Made by a program: the position numbers and the translations under genes. From positions 11,596-75,595 of the forward strand of contig JAZLGN010000039.1 in assembly GCA_045616325.1 (NCBI GenBank): a stretch of DNA of 64,000 nt, in the 5' to 3' direction. The stretch is from Treponema sp. Lineage in GTDB: Bacteria; Spirochaetota; Spirochaetia; Treponematales; Treponemataceae. The notes under the pieces were generated by a model. That model was not told the DNA's origin. It was given only the letters and a program-made list of their open reading frames with translations, and did not search any database. Positions 8,888-16,094 of the stretch are shown here, in pieces (the stretch's first letter is position 1; the number at the start of each line of letters is the position of its first letter).

Positions 8888-10618
8888 TCAGCCCATCTTC
8901 TCAAGCCTTGACTTAAGCTCAAGAATCCGCGTGTGCAGGTAATGGTCTGCCGTATACTTTTCCATGACGCCGCATGCAACATGGTCGTCATCAACAATGG
9001 CCATGGTTTCCGTGTCATGCTCGGAAAACTGCCTGTACACGTCCGGCAGCAGGTCTCCAGGGCGGCATGTGCATTTCGGGGCTTCCATAATGTCCATGGC
9101 AAGAAGGGATTCTGCCATTTCCCCGATCATCAGGGTTTCCTTAAGGTGCTCAAGGGTGATCATGCCCACAAGCTTTCTGTCACCCGGAGAGATGACGGCA
9201 AAGGACTGGTGGTGATGGGACTCAAAATTCTCAAGGATGGACTTGATGTCGTCGGTTTCGCTGACGATGGCATGGCTTTCACTGCTGCAGATGATTTCCT
9301 TGCCCCATGTAACGTCGGAAACCCTGGTGGTCTTAAGTATGTCTTCCTCCGTAACGTTAAGGCCAACCTCACCGGCCATGGTAACGCCGTGCTTTACGCA
9401 GACAGGCCCAAGAAGCTGGACGATAAAGGTGGTAGCCGTAATTATGAGGATTATCTGCGGCCCGATGGAATCGGCAAAGTCGTTGCTGGCTGCAATGCTC
9501 AAGCCGATGGCAACACCGGCTTGGCTCAGGAGGCACCAGGGCAGGAATTTCCTGACGGTGTCGGGGGCTCCGGTCAGTCTAGCTCCAAGTCGGGCTCCAA
9601 TGGACTTTCCCATGGTTCTTCCTGCAACGTATGTAATGGCAAGAAGACCAAGAACCGGGGTAACAACCCAGATGTTAAGCTTTGCGCCGACAAGGACAAA
9701 GAACAGGACGTAAACCGGGGGAGTAAATTTTTCAACAAGGGAAAAGATGGGCCTGGTCTTTGATGGTGCAAAGTTCACCATGAAAAATCCCAGGGACATG
9801 GCGGCAAGAATGTTGTCCAGGTCAAGGATTGTGCACACGCCGGTGCAAAGCAGCAGCCCCCCAAGGCCAAAGGAAAGAACTCGGCCCTCATCCTGCATCA
9901 GGTTCTTGACCACAAAGGAAACAAGGGCGCCAAAAATACCACCTGCAATGATGGAACCAAAAATGTCCCTGGCAATGTTCACAAGCTGGGAAGCAAAGGA
10001 AACGCTCTGTCCTCCAAGAAGGGGAGAAACCAGGGTGCTTGCAATGGCATAAAGGATAAGGGCAACGGCATCATCCATGGCAACAATGCCAAGGATTGTG
10101 GTGGTAAGGGGACCGCGTGTCCTGTATTCCTTAAGCACGTCGGTGGTGGCAGCCGGGGCCGTGGCGGAACAGATGGCGCCAAGAAGAAGACCAAAGGAAA
10201 TGGCAACCTTCACGTTCTTCATGAAGGCGTAAGAAATCAGGGTCACAAGGCCGCCCACAACAAAGAATGGAACGATGGACTCGCCCAGGAGAATGCCGAT
10301 GAATTGCCTGCCGTATTTCCTGATCACGTCGATCTTAAGTTCCGCACCAATCAGAAAGCCGATGAGGGACAGGGCAATGGTATTCACCGGGTTGAGGGCC
10401 ATGATGGTTTCTGGGCGCATGACCTGGAAGCCGGAAGAACCGATGAGTATGCCGATGACAATGTAGCCTACGACCTGCGGAATGTGAAGCTTCTGGAAAA
10501 GCCTGCCGCCAATGGCACCGCAAAACATGATGATGCCCAGCATAAGGACAAGCTGCGTACCTTGAAGAGAAGAAAAGTGCATGTACTGTGGAAGCACCTG
10601 TGCAAAAGGATCGTTCAT
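8888..10618 (-). CDS. Cation:proton antiporter (CPA2-like) with C-terminal CBS pair
   Basis: PQVVGYIVIGILIG, LIGFLIGAEL, ATAPAAT, AMDDAVAL, LSQAGVAIGL; soluble C-terminal CBS-like repeats. Confidence 0.9.
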   Translation of the reverse strand: MNDPFAQVLPQYMHFSSLQGTQLVLMLGIIMFCGAIGGRLFQKLHIPQVVGYIVIGILIGSSGFQVMRPETIMALNPVNTIALSLIGFLIGAELKIDVIRKYGRQFIGILLGESIVPFFVVGGLVTLISYAFMKNVKVAISFGLLLGAICSATAPAATTDVLKEYRTRGPLTTTILGIVAMDDAVALILYAIASTLVSPLLGGQSVSFASQLVNIARDIFGSIIAGGIFGALVSFVVKNLMQDEGRVLSFGLGGLLLCTGVCTILDLDNILAAMSLGFFMVNFAPSKTRPIFSLVEKFTPPVYVLFFVLVGAKLNIWVVTPVLGLLAITYVAGRTMGKSIGARLGARLTGAPDTVRKFLPWCLLSQAGVAIGLSIAASNDFADSIGPQIILIITATTFIVQLLGPVCVKHGVTMAGEVGLNVTEEDILKTTRVSDVTWGKEIICSSESHAIVSETDDIKSILENFESHHHQSFAVISPGDRKLVGMITLEHLKETLMIGEMAESLLAMDIMEAPKCTCRPGDLLPDVYRQFSEHDTETMAIVDDDHVACGVMEKYTADHYLHTRILELKSRLEKMG

Positions 10619-10681
10619 AAATCTGCCTCAGGAATTAAAATGACCGGCCAAAAGCAAAGTGAAGGCCAGAAGAATGCTTCA

Positions 10682-10710
10682 AGTATACTGAGGTGCATGC
10701 ATAAATTCAA
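10682..10710 (-). promoter_or_regulatory. Sigma70 promoter of the antiporter
   Basis: TTGAAT-17-TATACT on the minus strand. Confidence 0.7.
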
Positions 10711-10716
10711 ATTCAT

Positions 10717-10920
10717 GGGCGTTCCCCTCCCTGCGGTCGGGTCGGCGAGCTTCAGACTGCGCCTTCGGCTCCGATGCTTTCGCATTTGGCCGTTGGCCAA
10801 TCTTCCGCATGCCTAACGCAGGCCAGCCAAAAAAACACTCACGCCGGGAACCATGCCGGACTCCGCTATTTAAAGCCTATTTGTATTGGACTCCCTTCGG
10901 TCGCCGGCGCCCCACTGTCC
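10717..10920. repeat. GC-rich intergenic palindromic element, copy B
   Basis: GGGCGTTCCCC-TCCCTGCGGTC-GGGTCGG has the same layout as the start of copy C (reverse strand); CTCCCTGCGGT shared with copy A. Confidence 0.45.
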
Positions 10921-10936
10921 TCCTAAAAATGTCTAT

Positions 10937-10964
10937 TGTCATCCTGAACTTGATTCAGGATCTC
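10937..10964 (+). repeat. REP-like TGTC-tagged palindrome
   Basis: TGTC-ATCCTGAA-CTTGA-TTCAGGAT-CTC. Confidence 0.7.
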
Positions 10965-11035
10965 TCACAGAAAACATTGTCCATGCTCCCGGGCAAAACA
11001 GTACCCAAACACAAACCCACTTACCACTGGAAAAA

Positions 11036-11064
11036 TTGATTTTTCCGGCCATAATGTGTATATT
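11036..11064 (+). promoter_or_regulatory. Sigma70 promoter of cysE (leaderless geometry)
   Basis: TTGATT-17-TATATT ending 7 nt before the ATG at 11072; no SD. Confidence 0.65.
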
Positions 11065-11071
11065 CATTTTC

Positions 11072-11923
11072 ATGGAAACAATCGACAATGCAGTGGACCG
11101 CATCCTTAAGTCTTACGAGGAGCATGGCGGAATAAACCTTGAAGAAAACACCAACTTTCCCAACAGGGAAAACGTCATTACGGTTCTCAGGGACCTTCAG
11201 TACCTTATTTTCCCGGGATTCCGTGTGGCGGAGGAAATAGATTCCGTAACCCTTAAATTCGTCACCGGAGAAAGGGTCAACAGGATCATTGCCATGCTTT
11301 CCAGGGAAATAAAAAAGGCCCTTGCCTATGTTGTAAAGTCGGACAAGGTGGAAAATTCCCACTGCTTTAAGCTCGCGGAACGTACTGCCATTGCCCTCAT
11401 AGAAGAAATCCCTGAGATCAGGAGAAAGGTCGGCCTGGACGTACAGGCTGCCTTTGAAGGGGATCCTGCCGCCCATTCAGCAGACGAGGTAATCGTATCC
11501 TACCCGGGCCTTGAAGCCATAACCGTATACCGCCTGGCACACTTTCTCTGTGCAAACGGGGTTCCGGTAATTCCCCGCATCATGAGCGAATATGCCCACA
11601 GCCGCACCGGAATCGACATAAACCCTGGGGCTACCATAGGCGAAAGATTCTTCATTGACCACGGAACAGGCGTCGTAATTGGCGAAAGCTGCAACATTGG
11701 CAACAACGTCAAGATTTACCAGGGTGTAACCCTCGGCGCCCTCAGCGTAAAAAAGGAGCTCATGGACAAAAAACGGCATCCTACTATAGAAGATGATGTA
11801 ACCATTTATGCCAATGCAACGATTCTTGGTGGAAACACCGTCATAGGCCGGGGAAGCATCATCGGCGGAAACACCTGGGTCACAAAGTCGGTTCCCCCGG
11901 GAACAACCTATTACAACCAGTAG
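11072..11923 (+). CDS. cysE: Serine O-acetyltransferase (CysE/EpsC type)
   Basis: GDPAA, SYPG, HSRTGIDINPGATIG, FIDHGTGVVIGE, IYQGVTLG, KRHPT; hexapeptide repeats. Confidence 0.95.
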   Translation: METIDNAVDRILKSYEEHGGINLEENTNFPNRENVITVLRDLQYLIFPGFRVAEEIDSVTLKFVTGERVNRIIAMLSREIKKALAYVVKSDKVENSHCFKLAERTAIALIEEIPEIRRKVGLDVQAAFEGDPAAHSADEVIVSYPGLEAITVYRLAHFLCANGVPVIPRIMSEYAHSRTGIDINPGATIGERFFIDHGTGVVIGESCNIGNNVKIYQGVTLGALSVKKELMDKKRHPTIEDDVTIYANATILGGNTVIGRGSIIGGNTWVTKSVPPGTTYYNQ

Positions 11924-12068
11924 CCTTCAGCCTGCAGCTCAGCTTCACCGGTGGCATGGCATTTGTGATGCCGCTTCTGTTACGGCACTAGGCTGCAAAT
12001 TTTAGGAACTGTATATGAAAATTCAGTAGAATTTTCTGCAAATTCCACTGAATTTGTCGGTTCATCGA

Positions 12069-12097
12069 TTGACACATTCAGCCATTTCATATATATT
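12069..12097 (+). promoter_or_regulatory. Sigma70 promoter of the tRNA-Thr-rpmG-secE-nusG unit
   Basis: TTGACA-17-TATATT preceded by phased AATT tracts. Confidence 0.85.
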
Positions 12098-12140
12098 TTC
12101 TAAACATTTATTTTGCACGGGAAAAGTGTACACCCGTATC

Positions 12141-12213
12141 GCTCTTATAGCTCAGTCGGTAGAGCACATCGTTGGTAACGATGAGGTCAGCGGTCCGATT
12201 CCGCTTGAGAGCT
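12141..12213 (+). tRNA. tRNA-Thr (GGT)
   Basis: Cloverleaf GCTCTTA/TGAGAGC, anticodon arm CATCG-TTGGTAA-CGATG; T-loop TCCGATT; no encoded CCA. Confidence 0.95.
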
Positions 12214-12243
12214 ATAGAGATAAAAAAATACAGGAGATTAAAT

Positions 12244-12420
12244 ATGGGCAGCAAGAAAAAGACAGCCGTAGAAATCATCGCATTGCAGTGTACTGATTGC
12301 AAACGCAAGAATTACACAACATACAAAAACCGCAAGAATATCACTGGAAAGCTTGAAAAGAATAAGTATTGTCCATGGTGCCGCAAGGAAATCCTTCACA
12401 AGGAATGCAAGGCTAAATAA
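12244..12420 (+). CDS. rpmG: 50S ribosomal protein L33 (Zn-binding form)
   Basis: CTDC...NYTTYKNRKN...LEKNKYCPWC; start at the ATG after the GGAG SD. Confidence 0.97.
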   Translation: MGSKKKTAVEIIALQCTDCKRKNYTTYKNRKNITGKLEKNKYCPWCRKEILHKECKAK

Positions 12421-12466
12421 TTTTCCAAGAGCGTAAAGTTCCTGAAACATGGAACTTGACATATTT

Positions 12467-12539
12467 AGGTCAGTAGCTCAGTTGGTAGAGTCCCGGTCTC
12501 CAAAACCGGTTGTCGCGGGTTCGAGTCCTGCCTGGCCTG
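12467..12539 (+). tRNA. tRNA-Trp (CCA)
   Basis: AGGTCAG/CTGGCCT acceptor, CCGGT-CTCCAAA-ACCGG anticodon arm, GGTTCGAGTCC T-arm. Confidence 0.96.
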
Positions 12540-12566
12540 TTACCATTCAAAATATAGAGGATGAAA

Positions 12567-12746
12567 ATGAAAAAATTGGTTCAGTTTTTTAGAGAATGTG
12601 CCGGAGAGCTTAGAAAGGTTGTATGGCCAACAAGGGCTGATGTCCTCTCTTCTACTAAAGTAGTTTTCATCTCAACAATTGTTGTTGCTGCAGTTCTTGG
12701 TCTTCTTGACTGGTTGTTTACAGAAGGCCTTCGTCTCGTATTCTAG
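12567..12746 (+). CDS. secE: Preprotein translocase subunit SecE
   Basis: ELRKVVWPT motif plus a single TM helix; lies before nusG. Confidence 0.96.
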   Translation: MKKLVQFFRECAGELRKVVWPTRADVLSSTKVVFISTIVVAAVLGLLDWLFTEGLRLVF

Positions 12747-12761
12747 TTCCGGGGAACCTTT

Positions 12762-13319
12762 ATGGCAAGAAGCTGGTATATCATTCATGTTTACACAGGT
12801 TATGAACAGAAGATTTTCCGCACTCTCAATGAGATGATTGCAGAAGGTCAGATTGATTCATCAGTTCTTATTCAGGTAAAAATCCCAACAGAAGAAGTTG
12901 TAGAAGTTCGCAACAACAAGAAGCATGTACGCAATTCACTCCTTCTTCCTGGCTATGTAATGGCAGAACTTGACCTTCCACAGATTGGCTGGAAGAATGT
13001 CTGCTCTCAGATCCGCAGGATTCAGGGTGTTACAGGCTTCGTAGGAACAAAGCCAAATGAAAAGCCCCGTCCAATTTCCCCGGATGAAGCAAAGAGAATG
13101 CTTCTTGCTGCCGGCGAAATCAAGGGAGAAAAGGCAGTTCGCATCAAGCAGAGCTACGATGTGGGCGACAATGTAAAGATTACAGACGGTCCATTTGCAA
13201 CATTCAGCGGTGTGATCGAAGAAGTAAATGCAGAAAGGAACAAGCTGCGCGTTAACGTTCAGATTTTCGGACGTGCAACACCGGTTGAAGTTGACGTTCT
13301 GCAAGTTGAAAAGATATAA
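12762..13319 (+). CDS. nusG: Transcription termination/antitermination factor NusG
   Basis: WYIIHVYTGYE, LPGYV, GVTGFVG; KOW motif GPFATFSG...IFGRATPVE. Confidence 0.98.
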   Translation: MARSWYIIHVYTGYEQKIFRTLNEMIAEGQIDSSVLIQVKIPTEEVVEVRNNKKHVRNSLLLPGYVMAELDLPQIGWKNVCSQIRRIQGVTGFVGTKPNEKPRPISPDEAKRMLLAAGEIKGEKAVRIKQSYDVGDNVKITDGPFATFSGVIEEVNAERNKLRVNVQIFGRATPVEVDVLQVEKI

Positions 13320-13441
13320 ATTCGATGCCAGGCCTGCTTGATTCATTTGCAGGCTTTTGTTGTTATAAGGCCCTCCTTGTAACGGCGCTGTTCTTTGAAA
13401 GATTTGAACGGCTGATTCTTTCGGCTGTTTTTTTCTTATAT

Positions 13442-13518
13442 TTGGGAGAAGTGCAAGTCCGTTGGACAAAGGCATTTCGCTAGGACAAGCCCTTTTTCGG
13501 GGCGAATCCACACCAATT
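13442..13518 (+). promoter_or_regulatory. Putative L1-binding autoregulatory leader of rplK
   Basis: TTGGGAG...CCACACCAA closing stem with internal hairpins just upstream of the rplK SD; L1 sites commonly precede rplK. Confidence 0.35.
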
Positions 13519-13534
13519 CTTAAGGAGCTATACT

Positions 13535-13966
13535 ATGGCTACAAAAAAGGTACAGACTTACATCAAGTTACAGTGCCCAGCAGGCGCTGCTACTCCTGCA
13601 CCTCCAATTGGACCAGCTCTCGGACCTCATGGTGTTCCTGCACCAAAATTCGTTCAGGAATTCAATGACCGCACAAAGAGCATGGAAAAGGGACTCATCA
13701 TCCCGGTTGTTATCACTGTCTACACAGACAAGTCTTTCACATTCATCCTCAAGACACCACCTGCACCTGTTCTCATCAAGAAAGCAGCAGGCATTCAGAA
13801 GGGTGCCGGAAATCCTCTCCGCGACAAGGTTGGAAAGATTTCACAGAAGGCTCTCGAAGACATCGCAAAGCAGAAGATGCCAGATCTTAATGCTAACGAT
13901 CTCGAAGCAGCTAAAAAAATCATCGCTGGTACTGCACGCAGTATGGGCGTAGAGGTGGAGGCTTAA
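13535..13966 (+). CDS. rplK: 50S ribosomal protein L11
   Basis: [31 protein letters not shown]. Confidence 0.99.
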   Translation: MATKKVQTYIKLQCPAGAATPAPPIGPALGPHGVPAPKFVQEFNDRTKSMEKGLIIPVVITVYTDKSFTFILKTPPAPVLIKKAAGIQKGAGNPLRDKVGKISQKALEDIAKQKMPDLNANDLEAAKKIIAGTARSMGVEVEA

Positions 13967-13967
13967 C

Positions 13968-14651
13968 ATGAAACACGGAAAGAAGTACATGGAGTCGCTC
14001 AAGAAGTACGACCCATCTAAGGTTTATGGTGTTCCAGAAGCATGCCAGATTGTAAAGGACATTCACTTTGCAAAGTTTGATGAAACTGTAGAACTTTCAG
14101 TTACACTCAAGCTCGAAAAGAACCAGACTGTTCGTGATACACTCGTATTTCCACATCAGTTCACAGCTGAAAAGCGTGTTCTCGTATTCTGTAAGGAAGA
14201 CCGCGTAAAGGAAGCACTTGATGCAGGTGCAACATATGCAGGTTCAACAGAATATCTTGACAAGGTAAAGGGCGGCTGGCTCGACTTCGATGTTGCAGTT
14301 GCTACACCTGACATGATGAAGGACGTTGGTCGTCTTGGTATGGTACTTGGCCGCAAGGGTCTCATGCCAAACCCAAAGACAGGAACTGTTACACCTAACA
14401 TTGCAGAAGCAGTAGCTGAACTCAAGAAGGGTCGTACAGAATTCCGCGCTGACAAGACAGGTGTTGTTCACATTCCAGTTGGAAAGGTATCTATGGATGC
14501 TAAGGATACGGCTGAAAACGTAACAACATTCCTTGCTGAACTTAACCGCAAGAAGCCACAGGATGCTAAGGCAGGTTTCGTACGTTCAGTTTCCCTCAGT
14601 TCTTCTATGGGACCTGGCGTTTGGGTTGAATTCAAGGAGGATGCAGAATAA
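13968..14651 (+). CDS. rplA: 50S ribosomal protein L1
   Basis: AKFDETVE, DVAVATPDMM, LGRKGLMPNPKTGTVT. Confidence 0.99.
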   Translation: MKHGKKYMESLKKYDPSKVYGVPEACQIVKDIHFAKFDETVELSVTLKLEKNQTVRDTLVFPHQFTAEKRVLVFCKEDRVKEALDAGATYAGSTEYLDKVKGGWLDFDVAVATPDMMKDVGRLGMVLGRKGLMPNPKTGTVTPNIAEAVAELKKGRTEFRADKTGVVHIPVGKVSMDAKDTAENVTTFLAELNRKKPQDAKAGFVRSVSLSSSMGPGVWVEFKEDAE

Positions 14652-15232
14652 TGGCTATCATGGCAAAAAAACTCCAGCCAGCTAAGACAGCTGCTATCGA
14701 AGAAGCAAAGAAAGTTCTTGGTGAATACAACGACTTCATCTTCGTTGAATACCGTGGACTTACTGTTGAACAGATTACAAAGCTCCGCAAGTCACTCCGC
14801 GAAAAGAACGCATCTTTCAAGGTTATCAAGAATAACTTTGCCCGCGTTGCTTTCGATGAAATGAAGAATGACCAGGTTGCACAGTATCTTTCAGGACCAA
14901 CAGCTATTGCTATGATCAAGGAAGATGCAAACGAATCTGCAAAGATTCTCTTTGACTTCGCAAAAGATGCTCCTGCACTCGTAGTAAAGGGCGCATGGGT
15001 AGAAAACGAACTTTATGATGCTGCCAAGATCGAAGCTTTCTCAAAGCTCCCTGGAAAGAAGCAGCTCATCGCTATGCTTATGTCTGCTATCAATGGACCA
15101 GCACGCAAACTCGCAGGTACATTGCAGGCATACGTTGAAAAGTTGGAAAAGGAAGGTGGCGCAGCTCCAGCAGCTGAAGCAGCACCAGCTGAAACTCCAG
15201 CTCCAGCAGCAGAAGCACCTGCAGCTGAATAA
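14651..15232 (+). CDS. rplJ: 50S ribosomal protein L10 with Ala/Pro/Glu tail
   Basis: EYRGLTV, KVIKN, LSGPTA, SKLPGKKQL; overlaps the rplA stop (TAATG). Confidence 0.98.
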   Translation: MAIMAKKLQPAKTAAIEEAKKVLGEYNDFIFVEYRGLTVEQITKLRKSLREKNASFKVIKNNFARVAFDEMKNDQVAQYLSGPTAIAMIKEDANESAKILFDFAKDAPALVVKGAWVENELYDAAKIEAFSKLPGKKQLIAMLMSAINGPARKLAGTLQAYVEKLEKEGGAAPAAEAAPAETPAPAAEAPAAE

Positions 15233-15395
15233 GCCTAGGCTTATGGCCGGGAAACCGGTATACAAATACTGCAGTTAGGCTTCAATGTGCTGATTACTAT
15301 CTGCAGGAAATAAAACGGTATGCAGAACTTAGGAAACTGTAGGTTTTCTTCTGCAACCACAAACAAGGTCATTAAATGACAAAAGGAAGACAATT

Positions 15396-15770
15396 ATGGC
15401 ACTTTCAAACGACGAAATCCTCGAAGCAATCGCAAACATGACAGTTCAGCAGGCTGCTGACCTCGTAAAGGCAATGGAAGAAAAGTTCGGTGTATCTGCA
15501 GCAGCTCCAGTAGCAGTAGCAGCAGGTCCAGCAGCTGCAGCAGCTGAAGAACAGACAGAATTCACAGTTACTCTTGAAGGTCTTGCTGACCCATCAAAGA
15601 AGATGGACGTTATCAAGGCAGTTAAGGCAGCTGCAGGTCTCGACCTCAAGGCAGCTATGGCTGCAGTTACAGGTGCTCCATCTGTACTCAAGGAAAACGT
15701 ATCTAAGGCTGATGCTGACAAGATGATCGCTGACATCACAGCAGCTGGTGGTAAGGTTTCAAAGAAATAA
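15396..15770 (+). CDS. rplL: 50S ribosomal protein L7/L12
   Basis: LVKAMEEKFGVSAAAPVAVA hinge, EEQTEFTV; C-terminal domain divergent. Confidence 0.97.
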   Translation: MALSNDEILEAIANMTVQQAADLVKAMEEKFGVSAAAPVAVAAGPAAAAAEEQTEFTVTLEGLADPSKKMDVIKAVKAAAGLDLKAAMAAVTGAPSVLKENVSKADADKMIADITAAGGKVSKK

Positions 15771-16094
15771 TTAGGGACATTCCTGGGAACTACGGTTTTC
15801 GGGGGCCTTAAGAACGGGAATGCGCCAGTCGTGTTTCCACATGATGAACCGGTTGCAGATGGATGTACAACAGATGCGGCCGCTTCATCCTCAAGATTGC
15901 AGGACCTCTTGCAGGTCAAGTGTAATTATAGCTTCAGGGAAATGTCAAAATTTCTCTGAGGCTTTTGTCGTCAAAAGACATTTTTAGGGAAGGGGAGACT
16001 TCCTTTCAAGGGTTACGGATCTCGTGCTGAGTAAAGTTTTTGCTTGTAGCGGTTCTGTTTCACCAGGTTCTCCACAAACATTAAGAGGTAGTTA

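Noticed and set aside
8933-9763. Long antisense ORFs (also 38952-39755, 42114-43094, 43307-44128, 44026-44754, 50229-50885)
   Set aside because: These are shadows of well-supported genes on the opposite strand, with no recognisable motifs or SDs.
10886-11071. N-terminal extension of CysE in the ORF track
   Set aside because: It translates repeat DNA and lies upstream of the promoter at 11036-11064.
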